Part shown: one piece after another, positions 31,117 through 41,773 of the stretch | Numbering within the stretch: position 1 is the first letter of the stretch | Layout of the letters: each line of letters starts with the position of its first letter | Origin: Streptosporangiaceae bacterium | Lineage (GTDB): Bacteria; Actinomycetota; Actinomycetes; Streptosporangiales; Streptosporangiaceae | DNA: 64,000 nt | Assembly: GCA_036394075.1 (NCBI GenBank) | Contig: DASWFT010000105.1 | Coordinates: 464 to 64,463 of the forward strand | Direction of reading: 5' to 3' | The notes under the pieces: generated by a model | Told to the model about the DNA's origin: nothing | Databases searched by the model: none | What the model saw: the letters and a program-made list of their open reading frames with translations, nothing else | Translations under genes and position numbers: made by a program

Positions 31117-31769
31117 TGCGAGTCGTCCTCGTCGGGCCCCCCGGTGCGGGCAAGGGGACACAGGCCCAGTTCGTAGCGTCGCATCTGTCCATCCCGAAGA
31201 TCTCGACAGGTGATATCTTCCGCGAGAACGTCAGCCACGGCACGGCACTAGGCCGTCGCGCGCAGTCGTTCATGGAGCGGGGCGACCTGGTCCCCGACGA
31301 GGTGACGATCGCCATGGTCACCGACCGGCTCCAGGACGACGACACCCAGGCCGGGTTCCTGCTTGACGGCTTCCCCAGGACCGTGCCGCAGGCCGAGACG
31401 CTCAAGAAGCTGCTGTCGTCCTGGGAGACCAGGCTGGACGTGGTCCTGGAACTCGTGGTGGACGACGACGAGGTGGTGCGGCGACTGTCCGGCAGGCGGA
31501 CCTGCCGCAGATGCGGGCGGGTATGGCACGCGCTGTTCGACCCGCCGGCCCACATCAATGCGTGCGACGACTGCGGCGGTCAGTTGTTCCAGCGCGACGA
31601 CGACGGCGAGGACACCATCAGGCACCGTCTCGAGGTCTACCAGGAGCAGACGTCCCCGCTGGTCGCCTTCTACGCCGATGAGGGCATTCTCCTTGGCATC
31701 GACGCCACCGGCCCGGTGGACGAGATCACCGAGCGGGCGCTCAGCGCGCTGCGCCGCTTCAACCGCTGA
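31116..31769 (+). CDS. adk: adenylate kinase (zinc-lid type)
   Basis: [18 protein letters not shown]-loop. The lid has CRRC...CDDC. The GTG start overlaps the secY TAG. Confidence 0.97.
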   Translation: MRVVLVGPPGAGKGTQAQFVASHLSIPKISTGDIFRENVSHGTALGRRAQSFMERGDLVPDEVTIAMVTDRLQDDDTQAGFLLDGFPRTVPQAETLKKLLSSWETRLDVVLELVVDDDEVVRRLSGRRTCRRCGRVWHALFDPPAHINACDDCGGQLFQRDDDGEDTIRHRLEVYQEQTSPLVAFYADEGILLGIDATGPVDEITERALSALRRFNR

Positions 31770-31818
31770 CATCCGGGGCAGCCGTCGCGGGTACCGTGGA
31801 GGAGGACGCGGAGGCCCG

Positions 31819-32700
31819 ATGCGAATTAGGCGTGAGCCGGAGATTCAGCTCAAGACAGCACAGCAGGTCGCGTCGATGCGCGCGGCCGGGCTGGTGGTAG
31901 CCCGTGCGCTGACCGCGGCGGCCGGAGTGGTCGGGCCGGGGGTGTCCACGGCGGACCTGGACGCCGCGGCCGAGGAGGAGATCCGCGCCGCCGGCGCTGT
32001 TCCGTCGTTCAAGGGCTACCACGGGTTTCCCGCGACGATCTGCGCCTCGATCAATGAGGAGATCGTGCATGGCATCCCCAGCGCGGTCAGGAGACTGCGG
32101 GCCGGCGATGTGGTCTCGATCGACTGCGGGGCGATCGTCGAGGGGTGGCACGCGGACGCGGCGCTGACCGTGGGAGTAGAAATGATCTCCGATGAACTCA
32201 GCCGGCTGATCGAAGCCTGCGAGCGGGCCCTCTGGCATGGCCTGGCCCAGGCGCGGGCCGGCGCCCGGCTGACCGATATCTCGCACGCGGTGGAGCGCAG
32301 CGCCCGTGCGTCCGGTAAGTCCAGTTCCGCCGGGGACTACGGCATCGTCGAGGACTACGTCGGCCACGGCATCGGCACCGAGATGCACATGGATCCGGCG
32401 GTCCCCAATCGCGGGAAGCCCGGCCGGGGGCCGGAGCTGACGGAGGGGATGGCGCTGGCCATCGAGCCCCTGCTCGTTCTCGGCCAGCCCGACACGGTGC
32501 TGCTCGATGACGGCTGGACGGTGGTGAGCGCCGACGGGACCTGGTCTGCGCATTTCGAGCATACGGTGGCCATCACCGCCGAAGGGCCCTGGGTGCTTAC
32601 CGCACCGGACGGCGGGCGCGGCTGGTTCTCCCGGCTCGCTGAGCCGGCGACAGGTGCGGCTGACGGGCTGGCCGACTCAACGGCACATCCGCAGGTCTGA
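31819..32700 (+). CDS. map: type I methionine aminopeptidase
   Basis: Start at ATG 31819 (MRIRREPEIQLKTAQQVASMRAAG...). Contains FKGYHGFPATICASINEEIVHGIP. Confidence 0.95.
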   Translation: MRIRREPEIQLKTAQQVASMRAAGLVVARALTAAAGVVGPGVSTADLDAAAEEEIRAAGAVPSFKGYHGFPATICASINEEIVHGIPSAVRRLRAGDVVSIDCGAIVEGWHADAALTVGVEMISDELSRLIEACERALWHGLAQARAGARLTDISHAVERSARASGKSSSAGDYGIVEDYVGHGIGTEMHMDPAVPNRGKPGRGPELTEGMALAIEPLLVLGQPDTVLLDDGWTVVSADGTWSAHFEHTVAITAEGPWVLTAPDGGRGWFSRLAEPATGAADGLADSTAHPQV

Positions 32701-32712
32701 GGAGGGTTGCCG

Positions 32713-33330
32713 ATGCCGAACGATCCCAAAATCCGCGCCTCCGACGCCGACCGTGACCGGACCGCCGCACTGCTGCGCGAGCATCACGCGGCGGGCAGGC
32801 TCGATCTTGAGGAGTTCAACGAGCGCCTCGACAAGGCCTATGCCGCGAAGACCGTGGGGGAACTCGACGCCCTGATGGCGGATCTGCCGGCTATCGACCT
32901 GTACCAGCTTCCCGACGCCTCGATGCGCCGCGGGCGGGGCGGGGGGAGCGGAGGAGGCGGGGACGTACGGCTTCCGTGGTTTCGCCCACCCGGCGCTCTC
33001 ATGGCCGCCCACGGCCGGTTCTCCCCGGCCTGGCAGGCCGCCTGGGGCAGCTGGCTCTCGATTGCCTCGATTTGCGTCGTCATCTGGCTCGCGACCGGCG
33101 CCAGCCTGGCCATGCCCTGGTTCGTGTGGGTCGTCGGCCCATGGGGACTGCTGATGTTCGGACGCTGGATCACCGGTGCCCCCGGCCATCACGGTCACAG
33201 TCCAGGCGGCAGCAACCCGCCCGGCAGCAACCCGCCCAGCGGCGACCGCCACCACGGCCGGGACCGCCATCGCAACCGGGACCGCCACCGCGACCGCCAC
33301 CGCGGCCGGGACCGCCACCGCGACCTCTGA
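32713..33330 (+). CDS. DUF1707 (SHOCT-like) domain membrane protein with a His/Arg/Asp-rich C-terminal tail
   Basis: The N-terminus IRASDADRDRTAALLREHHAAGRLDLEEFNERLDKAYAAKTVGELDALMADLP matches the DUF1707 pattern. Two hydrophobic segments follow, then the tail HHGHSPGGSNPPGSNPPSGDRHHGRDRHRNRDRHRDRHRGRDRHRDL. ATG 32713 lies 6 nt after GGAGGG. Confidence 0.8.
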   Translation: MPNDPKIRASDADRDRTAALLREHHAAGRLDLEEFNERLDKAYAAKTVGELDALMADLPAIDLYQLPDASMRRGRGGGSGGGGDVRLPWFRPPGALMAAHGRFSPAWQAAWGSWLSIASICVVIWLATGASLAMPWFVWVVGPWGLLMFGRWITGAPGHHGHSPGGSNPPGSNPPSGDRHHGRDRHRNRDRHRDRHRGRDRHRDL

Positions 33331-33733
33331 AGGTCGCGGCCGGGCGGGCTGGATTCCGAGGTAGAGTGGGGTGTCTGGGAGTTGCCGGGGCACCCTCAGG
33401 TGCCGGTCGCTGCCGAGGCGACCATGGGGTCGGCCCGGGCCGATCTGTCGGGAATGTTCCAGGCTCTGTCTTGGTTCGCATAGTAGCGCGGAGTCGCGTA
33501 GAATCTGCTGCGGCCCGTGAGCTGTTCTGTGCATGGCCTTAGCCGGATGCGCGGGGGCAGTCCTTGTGGAGGGCCTCCCGTACCCGGTCGGCACGCACGA
33601 GCATGAACCGGGTCGTGGGGGAGCCTCACGAGTCCATGCGCACGACAAGCACGGCACGATCAGTTAACAACGCTCCCGCCAGCACGAAGCCACCAGCCAG
33701 TGCCAGCGGGCCCAACAGCGAATCGCGGAGGAT

Positions 33734-33955
33734 ATGCCCAAGAAGGACGGCGCCATCGAGATCGAGGGCAAGATTGTCGAGTCACTACCCAATGCCTTCT
33801 TCCGAGTGGAGCTAGACAACGGGCACAAGGTCCTCGCCCATATCAGCGGGAAGATGCGGATGCACTACATCCGCATCCTGCCTGATGACCGGGTCGTCGT
33901 GGAGCTGAGTCCGTACGACCTGAGTCGCGGCCGGATTGTCTACAGGTACAAGTAA
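33734..33955 (+). CDS. infA: translation initiation factor IF-1
   Basis: 73 aa: [42 protein letters not shown]... Confidence 0.98.
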   Translation: MPKKDGAIEIEGKIVESLPNAFFRVELDNGHKVLAHISGKMRMHYIRILPDDRVVVELSPYDLSRGRIVYRYK

Positions 33956-34004
33956 CAACTGACGGCGCGGGGCACGCAGCGGCCCGGCTCCGGAGGAGGC
34001 CACG

Positions 34005-34118
34005 ATGAAGGTTAAGCCGAGTGTGAAGAAGATCTGTAGCAAGTGCCGGGTCATCCGGCGGCATGGCCGGGTTATGGTCATCTGCTCCGACCCGCGGCAC
34101 AAGCAGCGCCAGGGCTGA
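34005..34118 (+). CDS. rpmJ: 50S ribosomal protein L36 (zinc-ribbon C+ form)
   Basis: Absent from the track (37 aa). Hand-translated as [47 protein letters not shown] lies upstream. Confidence 0.95.
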   Translation: MKVKPSVKKICSKCRVIRRHGRVMVICSDPRHKQRQG

Positions 34119-34294
34119 CGCTCCACCAAGCCATGGCGTAACAACGCCACCTACTAGACAACACAACGCACCGCATCCCGCGTCGGCCGCGAGCCGACGC
34201 GGGCCACCCCCGGTAGGAGGCCGGGGCCCTACCCGGGCAGGGGTTGGGAGGCGGCGCGTACGACCTCCTCGACACGAAGGAGAACTGCCCGCAG

Positions 34295-34675
34295 ATGGCA
34301 CGACTGGTTGGTGTTGACCTCCCCCGCGAAAAGCGCCTGGAGGTCGCTCTCACTTACGTCTACGGAATCGGCCGGACCCGCGCGCTTGAGACGCTGCAGG
34401 CAACGGGTGTGAGCGGCGATACGAGGGTTCACGACCTGGGGGACGACGAGCTTGTCCGCCTCCGTGACTGGATCGAAGCCACTTACAAGGTAGAAGGAGA
34501 CCTGCGCCGCGAGGTGCAGGCCGACATTCGCCGCAAGGTGGAGATCGGGTGCTACCAGGGAATCCGTCACCGGCGCGGGCTGCCAGTGCACGGCCAGCGC
34601 ACCCAGACGAATGCCCGCACCCGCAAGGGCCGGAAGAAGACAGTGGCCGGCAAGAAGAAGGCCGGGAAGAAGTAA
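34295..34675 (+). CDS. rpsM: 30S ribosomal protein S13
   Basis: Start at ATG 34295 ([14 protein letters not shown]) after GAAGGAG. Confidence 0.96.
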   Translation: MARLVGVDLPREKRLEVALTYVYGIGRTRALETLQATGVSGDTRVHDLGDDELVRLRDWIEATYKVEGDLRREVQADIRRKVEIGCYQGIRHRRGLPVHGQRTQTNARTRKGRKKTVAGKKKAGKK

Positions 34676-34727
34676 GTAGTTCGCGACCCCACATCGCGAT
34701 CCGACGACCTCCAGGAGCAGGGAGCAG

Positions 34728-35129
34728 ATGCCTCCGAAGAGCCGTACCGGCGCCAAGAAGGTGCGCCGCAAGGAACGGAAGAACGTCGCTCATGGGCACG
34801 CCCACATCAGGAGCACGTTCAACAACACGATCGTGTCGATCACCGACCCGGTCGGCAACGTTATTTCGTGGGCTTCCTCTGGCCAGGTCGGCTTCAAGGG
34901 GTCGCGTAAATCAACTCCGTTCGCCGCGCAGATGGCGGCGGAGGCTTGCGCACGCCGCGCCATGGAGCACGGCATGCGCAAGGTCGACGTCTTCGTCAAG
35001 GGCCCCGGCTCGGGACGGGAGACCGCCATCCGGTCGCTCCAGGCGACCGGCCTTGAGGTGGGTTCCATTCAGGACGTCACCCCGGTTCCGCACAATGGCT
35101 GCCGGCCGCCGAAGCGGCGCCGGGTCTGA
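34728..35129 (+). CDS. rpsK: 30S ribosomal protein S11
   Basis: 133-aa S11 sequence. Confidence 0.97.
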   Translation: MPPKSRTGAKKVRRKERKNVAHGHAHIRSTFNNTIVSITDPVGNVISWASSGQVGFKGSRKSTPFAAQMAAEACARRAMEHGMRKVDVFVKGPGSGRETAIRSLQATGLEVGSIQDVTPVPHNGCRPPKRRRV

Positions 35130-35144
35130 GGAGTAAAGCGACAG

Positions 35145-35771
35145 ATGGCTCGATACACGGGCGCGGACTGCAAGCTCTGCCGCCGCGAGAAGATGAAGCT
35201 CTTCCTGAAGGGGTCCAAGTGCGATTCGCCCAAGTGCCCCATCGAGATCCGGCCGTACCCACCGGGTGAGCACGGCCGGAATCGTCCCAAGGAGAGCGAG
35301 TACCTGCTCCAGATCAGGGAGAAGCAGAAGGCACGCCGGGTCTACGGGATCCTCGAGCGCCAGTTCCATGGCTACTACGAGGAGGCCACCCGCAGGCGCG
35401 GCAAGACCGGCGAGAACCTGCTCCAGATCCTGGAGAGCCGCCTTGACAACGTGGTCTACCGGGCCGGATTCGCCAAGAGCCGGGACATGGCCCGCCAGTT
35501 GGTCACCCACGGCCACTTCCAGGTCAACGGCAAGAAGGTGGACATTCCGTCCTACCGGGTCACCGAGAGCGACATCGTCGAAGTAGCGCCCAAGTCCGTG
35601 GAGATGACGCCCTTTGTTGTGGCGCGGGCTGAGGTCGGCGAGCGTCAGGTGCCGGCGTGGATCGAGGTGATCCCGGACAAGATGCGTGTCCTCGTGCACA
35701 CGCTCCCGGTCCGGGCTCAGATCGACACGCAGGTTCAGGAGCAGCTCATCGTGGAGCTGTACTCGAAGTAG
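35145..35771 (+). CDS. rpsD: 30S ribosomal protein S4
   Basis: 208 aa: [32 protein letters not shown]... Confidence 0.97.
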   Translation: MARYTGADCKLCRREKMKLFLKGSKCDSPKCPIEIRPYPPGEHGRNRPKESEYLLQIREKQKARRVYGILERQFHGYYEEATRRRGKTGENLLQILESRLDNVVYRAGFAKSRDMARQLVTHGHFQVNGKKVDIPSYRVTESDIVEVAPKSVEMTPFVVARAEVGERQVPAWIEVIPDKMRVLVHTLPVRAQIDTQVQEQLIVELYSK

Positions 35772-35881
35772 TAACTGCTCGCCGGAGCCGCCGCTGCACG
35801 GGCGGCCCGCGGCGGGGGACGGCAGCTGCCGTCAAAAGGATCGCGACTGTCAAATAGCGGGCGTCGCGGGAAGGGGTAGTA

Positions 35882-36898
35882 ATGCTCATCGCTCAGCGTC
35901 CAACTCTCACCGAAGACCAGGTCGACGAGTTCCGGTCGAGGTTCGTGATCGAGCCTCTCGAGCCGGGATTCGGCTACACGATCGGGAACTCGATCCGGCG
36001 TACTCTGCTCTCCTCGATTCCCGGTGCGGCCGTGACCAGCATCAGGATCGAGGGCGTGCTGCACGAGTTCTCCACCGTGGCCGGCGTCGCCGAGGACGTC
36101 ACCGACATCATCCTGAACCTCAAGGAACTCGTCGTCTCGTCCGAGCAGGATGAGCCCGTGGTGATGTACCTGCGTAAGCAGGGCCCCGGGGAAGTCACCG
36201 CGGCGGACATCGCGCCGCCGGCCGGCGTGGAAGTGCACAACCCGGGTATGCACATCGCCACCTTGAACGGCAAGGGCAAGCTGGAGATGGAGCTGACGGT
36301 GGAGCGCGGCCGTGGCTACGTGTCCGCCGCGCAGAACAAGCAGCCCGGGCAGGAGATCGGCCGGGTGCCGATCGACTCGATCTACTCGCCGGTCATGCGG
36401 GTCACCTACAAGGTCGAGGCGACGCGTGTCGAGCAGCGGACCGACTTCGACAAGCTCATCCTCGACGTCGAGACCAAGCCGTCCATGCGTCCCCGGGACG
36501 CGGTGGCGAGCGCGGGCAAGACCCTCGTCGAGCTCTTCGGCCTCGCCAGGGAGCTCAACGTGGACGCGGAGGGCATCGACATCGGCCCGTCGCCCACCGA
36601 CGCGGCCTTGGCCGCGGACCTGGCCCTGCCGATCGAAGAACTTAACCTAACGGTTCGTTCATACAACTGCCTGAAGCGCGAGGGCATCCACTCCGTGGGC
36701 GAACTCGTCGCCCGTAGCGAGCAGGACCTGCTCGACATCCGCAACTTCGGCGCGAAGTCGATCGAGGAGGTCAAGCAGAAGCTGACCGACATGGGGCTCG
36801 CGCTGAAGGATTCCCCACCGGGATTCGACCCAGGAAGCGCGGCGGACAGCTACGGCGCCGACGACGACGAGAGCTACGTCGAGACCGAGCAGTACTGA
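35882..36898 (+). CDS. rpoA: DNA-directed RNA polymerase subunit alpha
   Basis: 338 aa: [33 protein letters not shown]... Confidence 0.98.
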   Translation: MLIAQRPTLTEDQVDEFRSRFVIEPLEPGFGYTIGNSIRRTLLSSIPGAAVTSIRIEGVLHEFSTVAGVAEDVTDIILNLKELVVSSEQDEPVVMYLRKQGPGEVTAADIAPPAGVEVHNPGMHIATLNGKGKLEMELTVERGRGYVSAAQNKQPGQEIGRVPIDSIYSPVMRVTYKVEATRVEQRTDFDKLILDVETKPSMRPRDAVASAGKTLVELFGLARELNVDAEGIDIGPSPTDAALAADLALPIEELNLTVRSYNCLKREGIHSVGELVARSEQDLLDIRNFGAKSIEEVKQKLTDMGLALKDSPPGFDPGSAADSYGADDDESYVETEQY

Positions 36899-36936
36899 CG
36901 GGCTGGACACTGTACCGAACCTAGGAGAACCTTTCG

Positions 36937-37560
36937 ATGCCCACGCCCACCAAGGGCCAGCGGATGGGTGGCAGCTCGGCCCACCAGCGGCACATGCTGG
37001 CGAACCTGGCCACCGCGCTTTTCGAGCACGGCAAGATCACGACGACGGAGGCCAGGGCGCGCCGGCTGCGCCCCTACGCCGAGCGTCTGATCACCTTTGC
37101 CAAGCGAGGTGACCTGCACGCCCGCCGCCAAGTGCTCACCGTTGTCACCGACAAGGGCGTGGTGCACACGTTGTTCACCGAGATCGGGCCGCGGTTCGAG
37201 TCCCGTGACGGCGGATACACGCGGATCACCAAGGTTGGGCCGCGCAAGGGGGACAACGCCCCTCTGGCGGTTATCGAGCTGGTCAGCGAGGAGGCTGAGG
37301 CGAAGCCGCGCCGCCGCCGTGCACGGCGCGCGCAGCCGAGCCGGACCGCCCGGCCCAAGCCTGCCGCACAGGAGGCTGCCGCGGCCGAAGACGCTGCCGA
37401 GGAGCCAGTCGTGGCCGACGCGACTGGCGAGGCGGAAGGCGGCGACGCCGAAGCCGAGGCCAGTGCGGCCGAGCCTACCGACCAGGCTGACGAGGAGTCG
37501 GCTGACAAGGAGTCGGCTGACGACGCGGGCACCAAGTCGGCGCACAAGGCCGACGACTAG
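36937..37560 (+). CDS. rplQ: 50S ribosomal protein L17 with an Ala/Glu/Asp-rich C-terminal tail
   Basis: [41 protein letters not shown]... The tail runs from about residue 120. Confidence 0.96.
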   Translation: MPTPTKGQRMGGSSAHQRHMLANLATALFEHGKITTTEARARRLRPYAERLITFAKRGDLHARRQVLTVVTDKGVVHTLFTEIGPRFESRDGGYTRITKVGPRKGDNAPLAVIELVSEEAEAKPRRRRARRAQPSRTARPKPAAQEAAAAEDAAEEPVVADATGEAEGGDAEAEASAAEPTDQADEESADKESADDAGTKSAHKADD

Positions 37561-37572
37561 CGAGCAGGCTAC

Positions 37573-37601
37573 GAGGGCCCCGGCCGTTGGCCCGGGCCCT
37601 C
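37573..37601 (+). terminator. GC hairpin after rplQ
   Basis: GAGGGCCCCGG...CCCGGGCCCTC: 10 bp with one mismatch and a 7-nt loop, 13 nt after the stop. Confidence 0.4.
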
Positions 37602-37621
37602 TGGCCGTCGGTATGACCCGC

Positions 37622-37768
37622 CCGCAAGCCGGCATGGCCGATCCGGAACCCGGCACGGCCGGCCCGGAACCCGGCACGGCCGGCCCGCAAGTCGGCATGG
37701 CTGATCCGGAACTCGGCACGGCCGGCCCAGAACTCGTCACTGTCGGCCGGGAACTCGGTACGGACATG
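37622..37768 (+). repeat. seven tandem 21-nt units upstream of, or in the 5' end of, truA
   Basis: Units A (CCGCAAGCCGGCATGGCCGAT) and B (CCGGAACCCGGCACGGCCGGC) are arranged A-B-B-A'-B'-B''-B'''. The two B copies at 37643-37684 are identical. Confidence 0.85.
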
Positions 37769-38668
37769 GACCGTCTGGCGGTCGGCACCGGCCGCCCGGC
37801 GGATCCGGGGTCTGTCCGGCTCAGGCTTGACTTGTCCTACGACGGCTCCGGCTTCTCTGGATGGGCTCGCCAGCCGGGCCAGCGGACTGTCCAGGATGTC
37901 GTCGAAGAAGCGCTCGGCCGGTTGCTGCGCATGGCCGCGTCACCGGCGCTCACCGTGGCCGGCCGGACCGACGCGGGCGTGCACGCCCGCGGACAGGTGG
38001 CCCACGTCGATGTGCCCGGCGCATCCTGGTCGCAGATAGGCCCCTCCGCAGTGCGCAGGATGTCCCGGCTGCTCCCGGCGGATGTCCGGCTACACCGGAT
38101 CGGCCCAGCGGCGGACGGCTTCGACGCCAGGTTCTCCGCCCTGTGGCGGCGGTACTCCTACCGGGTCTGCGACGATCCAGCGGCTGCCGAGCCGCTGCGC
38201 AGGCACGACACGCTGTGGTATCGCCACCGGGTCGATGTCCACGTCATGAATGAGGCCGCCGCGGCCTGCACCGGCGAACACGACTTCGCCGCCTTCTGCC
38301 GCCGCCGCGAGGGCGCGACAACCGTACGGGAACTGCTGCGCCTGGAGTGGGCGCGGACATCCCCGTCGGTGGCCACAGCGACCGTCGTTGCCGATGCGTT
38401 CTGCCACAACATGGTGCGCGCATTGATAGGAGCCTTGCTCAAGGTCGGTGAAGGCAGCAAACCGGCCAGCTGGCCGAGCCGACTGCTCGCGGCCCAGGTC
38501 CGTGACCCGGCCGTAACGGTCGCCGCGCCGCACGGACTCTGCCTGGAGGAGATCCGGTACCCGGACCCCGCTCAGCTTTCGGAACGGGCCCGGCTCACCC
38601 GCCGCCTTCGCACCAGCGCAGCCCGCCCCACCCCCCATGGAGTCGATGTGACACCGAGTCCTCTATAG
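37766..38668 (+). CDS. truA: tRNA pseudouridine(38-40) synthase TruA
   Basis: Conserved core VRLRLDLSYDGSGFSGWARQPGQRTVQ...GRTDAGVHARGQVAHVD. The start is uncertain: in-frame ATGs at 37613, 37634, 37697 and 37766 all lie in or before the 21-nt repeat array. Confidence 0.88.
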   Translation: MDRLAVGTGRPADPGSVRLRLDLSYDGSGFSGWARQPGQRTVQDVVEEALGRLLRMAASPALTVAGRTDAGVHARGQVAHVDVPGASWSQIGPSAVRRMSRLLPADVRLHRIGPAADGFDARFSALWRRYSYRVCDDPAAAEPLRRHDTLWYRHRVDVHVMNEAAAACTGEHDFAAFCRRREGATTVRELLRLEWARTSPSVATATVVADAFCHNMVRALIGALLKVGEGSKPASWPSRLLAAQVRDPAVTVAAPHGLCLEEIRYPDPAQLSERARLTRRLRTSAARPTPHGVDVTPSPL

Positions 38669-38748
38669 GGGGCACGATGCTCACATCGACCTACTTTGCT
38701 CAGCACCGGGCTCGGGGAGCGAGGTCTGCGTCGCGGATCGGGACGCTG

Positions 38749-40908
38749 TCAGGGGATCTGCGGTTTCCCGATCACCATGCGGCTGGTGAGGCTCACATTC
38801 GCGGTGCCGCTGACCAGGTTGTCCGAGAATGTCTTCAACTCGGCGCGCTGGGCCGCCGTTGTCGGCGTGTGCAGGTTCGAGAACTCGGCCCATATCAAGA
38901 TCAGGTAATGGCCTTTATATACCGCTTCTTCAAGGCCCGTCCCCTTGGCCAGATTGTGCGTGGGCCCGTGGGCCGCGGGAAGCTGGTCGATGAATTCTGC
39001 GGAGCCCGTCGCCTGCCCGGCCCGCTGGGCGGCGGCGTCATTCACGAGATTGAGCACGCCGATCGTGCCCATGATCTTCTGATCGGTCGTCAGGTAACTG
39101 GCCCGCATCACCTGCGTGCAGCCCGCCTTGCCGACGGCCGACTGGAGCCCTGCCCCGAGCACCGCGGCCGGGCAGTCGCGCCCCGCCTGGTCGATCGTCC
39201 TGCTGCCGCTCGTCCCGCCCGAAGAGAACTGGGCCGGGAACAGTTCGGTAAGCGTGAGCGGAACGGAGTCTTCGCTGCGGGTCGTGATGTGCTTCCAGGG
39301 GCCCAGGGACGGCGTGGGGCTGCTGGAAGCCGCCGCCGTCCGCAATGGCGCGGACACCCGAGGCTGACTGGCCTGCCCTTTGACGAAATGCAGATATGCC
39401 ACCGTGACCAGGGTGCCCACGGCCAGCACCATCAGGATGGGAAACAGCCACACACGGGCACGGCTGGGGGGCTTGCGTGGCTTGCGTCCGAGGGCGGCGG
39501 CACGTGATACCCGGGTTCCCGCGGGACTGCCCGGACCGTCGGCGCCGGTGACCTCGGCGTCCGCCTGGTACCGGCCGGCGGTCTCCGGGCCGGCCGTGAA
39601 CCTGCCAGTCGTCTCGGCGTCCGCCTGGTACCGGCCGGCGGTCTCCGGGCCGGCCGTGAACCTGCCAGTGGCCTCCGCATCCGGGACGGCGGTCCCGCGC
39701 GCCTCGGTGTCACTGGCGTCCCGGCCGGCTCTGCGCCCCCCCGGGGACTGCCTGATCGAGCCGGGGAGCGGTTCCCTCGCACCTTCGGCTGGGCCGTTCG
39801 CCCAGGCAGTTGGGCCCTGCCCGGGAGCATCAGCCGGGATGGCCGGCCAGGGGGCGGCAGCGCCACCTTGGGCCAGGGCGGCACCGGTGCCCGCTGCGGC
39901 CTGCGGGTCGCTTGGCGGAGCAGTCCATCCGTCACCAAGCTGGCCCGCGTCGAGGACGGCCCAGGTCTGGGTTGCTGTCATGTCAGCGGACGGATCGCTG
40001 ACGGCGAGCAGCGAGTACCCCGGTTCTGAGGCCACGTTTGGCCAGGAGGCCGCCCCTGGACGACCCCCGGGCCCGGCGGAGCGCACGGCGGGAGGGTTCC
40101 AGGGCGAGAACTGCCCCGGCGGGTAGACGGGATCCGGCGCGCCCGGCGCCGGAGGAAAGCCCCGCAGCGGCCCCCTCCCAGCCGGGCCCGTGGTCCGGAA
40201 CGCCCCCACGCCCCACAGCGAACCACCCGTTCTCGGCCGGTCACCAGATCGCTGCCCGACACCACCCTGAATCTCATGCTCCAGCCTGCCCGCCGGGCGG
40301 CGCCATACGTTCTCCCTGGAGCCGCTGGGCGAGGCCGGCGTCCCGGTCGGAGCCGGGGTCGGCGGCGTGTGCCGTGGCGCGCGCTGGCCCCCTCGTGCGG
40401 GCTGTTGCCCCGCGGAGGCACCCGAATCGGGCCCGGCATTCCTGGAATGCCTGCGTCCGCTGGGCGGCGGTCCTTCGGATGCGGGTGGCCTGGCGGATCC
40501 AGGTGGCTGGCTGTATCCAGGTGCCGCGGCAGGTCCAGGTGACTGGGTGTAGCCGGGCGGCGCGGCGGGTCTTGGTGGCGCGGTGGGTCTGGGTGGCCCG
40601 GCGGATCCGGGCGGCTCGGTGTATCCAGGTGGCGCGGCGGATCCGGGTGGCTGGGTGTATCCAGCTGACCCGGCGGGTCTGGGTGGCCGGGCGGATCCGG
40701 GCGGCTCGGTGTATCCGGGTGACCCGGCAGGTCCAGGTGACTGGGTGTATCCGGTCTGCTGGCCGGGTGGCCGGGCGTGCGCCGGTCGTTCCGCGCTCGG
40801 AGGCCCCTCTCCGCCGGGCGGCTGCACCGTCGGCGGCCGGCGTCGCGACGGTCGCTCCGGCCGGCTGTCCGGCGGCGGGCCGATGCCCTCATCACCCGGG
40901 TAGCCCAT
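38749..40908 (-). CDS. hypothetical single-pass membrane protein: ~500-aa Pro-rich repetitive N-terminal region, one TM helix, ~215-aa C-terminal domain with a Cys pair
   Basis: This is the C-terminal 719 codons of the 1095-aa minus-strand track ORF. The part above ~41000 overlaps rplM/rpsI antisense and is rejected. The TM is [23 protein letters not shown]. The C-terminal domain has high GC3 in this frame. The start is uncertain (ATG comp. 40906-40908, or ATG comp. 41068-41070). Confidence 0.75.
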   Translation of the reverse strand: MGYPGDEGIGPPPDSRPERPSRRRPPTVQPPGGEGPPSAERPAHARPPGQQTGYTQSPGPAGSPGYTEPPGSARPPRPAGSAGYTQPPGSAAPPGYTEPPGSAGPPRPTAPPRPAAPPGYTQSPGPAAAPGYSQPPGSARPPASEGPPPSGRRHSRNAGPDSGASAGQQPARGGQRAPRHTPPTPAPTGTPASPSGSRENVWRRPAGRLEHEIQGGVGQRSGDRPRTGGSLWGVGAFRTTGPAGRGPLRGFPPAPGAPDPVYPPGQFSPWNPPAVRSAGPGGRPGAASWPNVASEPGYSLLAVSDPSADMTATQTWAVLDAGQLGDGWTAPPSDPQAAAGTGAALAQGGAAAPWPAIPADAPGQGPTAWANGPAEGAREPLPGSIRQSPGGRRAGRDASDTEARGTAVPDAEATGRFTAGPETAGRYQADAETTGRFTAGPETAGRYQADAEVTGADGPGSPAGTRVSRAAALGRKPRKPPSRARVWLFPILMVLAVGTLVTVAYLHFVKGQASQPRVSAPLRTAAASSSPTPSLGPWKHITTRSEDSVPLTLTELFPAQFSSGGTSGSRTIDQAGRDCPAAVLGAGLQSAVGKAGCTQVMRASYLTTDQKIMGTIGVLNLVNDAAAQRAGQATGSAEFIDQLPAAHGPTHNLAKGTGLEEAVYKGHYLILIWAEFSNLHTPTTAAQRAELKTFSDNLVSGTANVSLTSRMVIGKPQIP
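39553..39669. repeat. near-perfect 60-nt tandem duplication inside the membrane-protein gene
   Basis: 39553-39609 is identical to 39613-39669. It encodes [17 protein letters not shown](T/V)TG twice on the minus strand. Confidence 0.95.
40493..40752. repeat. degenerate tandem repeats encoding PPGYT(Q/E)PPGSA-type units
   Basis: Recurrent GGATCCGGGCGGCTCGGTGTATCC and GGTCTGGGTGGCC blocks. On the minus strand they read [56 protein letters not shown]... Confidence 0.8.
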
Positions 40909-41026
40909 GCCGTGAGCGTAGCGTTCCAGGCGGGGAAGCCAGGGCGGGTCCTGTGTATCAGTGCCGCTCGGGCCACCCGCCGGCCAGGCAACGCCGTGGG
41001 AACGTGCCGACGCCGTTCGGCTCGCT

Positions 41027-41055
41027 TTGCCGTTCACCGCCAGGGCCGGTATCCT
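41027..41055 (+). promoter_or_regulatory. candidate sigma-A promoter of rplM-rpsI (TTGCCG-N17-TATCCT)
   Basis: Hexamers at 41027-41032 and 41050-41055, in the divergent region between the membrane-protein gene and rplM. Sequence match only. Confidence 0.4.
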
Positions 41056-41196
41056 CTTCAGAGCGTCCATGGCGCGTCTGCATGCCCGCGGTGCCCGCTC
41101 AGCGGGGCTGGTTACGCGGCGGCAGAAGCGGCGGACTCCCGTACCTGGCGGTTGCCCCGGATACGGATCCAAGATTGCCCCACCACGCGAAGGCTT

Positions 41197-41676
41197 ATGA
41201 CTGTGCGCACATTCAGCCCGAAGGCCGCTGACATCCAGCATCAGTGGCACGTCATCGACGCCTCCGATGTGGTGCTCGGCCGCCTGGCCAGCCAGGTAGC
41301 GATCCTGCTGCGCGGCAAGCACAAGCCGATCTTCGCGCCCCATGTGGACACGGGCGATTTCGTGATCGTCGTGAACGCGGAGAAGGTAGCCCTCAGCGGC
41401 AAGAAGCTGGAAGACAAGCGGGCTTACCGGCATTCCGGCTATCCCGGCGGGCTGCATTCGATGGCCTATGGTGACTTGCTGGCCAAGCACCCGGAACGGG
41501 CGGTGGAGAAGGCGGTCAAGGGCATGCTCCCGAAGAACTCGCTGGGCCGGAGCATGCTGCGCAAGCTGAAGGTATACGCGGGCCCGGACCATCCCCATCA
41601 GGCGCAGCAGCCCGCGCCATTCGAGATCAAGCAGATCGCGCAGCAGGCACCGGCTGGCCGCGCGGGCAGCCGGTAA
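41197..41676 (+). CDS. rplM: 50S ribosomal protein L13
   Basis: Start at ATG 41197 ([32 protein letters not shown]...). Confidence 0.96.
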   Translation: MTVRTFSPKAADIQHQWHVIDASDVVLGRLASQVAILLRGKHKPIFAPHVDTGDFVIVVNAEKVALSGKKLEDKRAYRHSGYPGGLHSMAYGDLLAKHPERAVEKAVKGMLPKNSLGRSMLRKLKVYAGPDHPHQAQQPAPFEIKQIAQQAPAGRAGSR

Positions 41677-41773
41677 GGTCGCTGCCCTGGTCCACAGTGA
41701 CATCCACTGGGGTACCCGGAGGCGACCCGGCGCATCGATGAGAAGCCGATGAGGAAGTACGAGGAAGGAAACC

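Noticed and set aside
38677-39507. 276-aa + strand ORF (and 39380..40126, 40038..41231) opposite the membrane-protein gene
   Set aside because: Third-codon positions are T-rich and lower in GC than in the minus-strand frame. The translated sequences are Arg/Cys/Trp-rich nonsense typical of the antisense of Pro/Gly/Ala-rich coding sequence.
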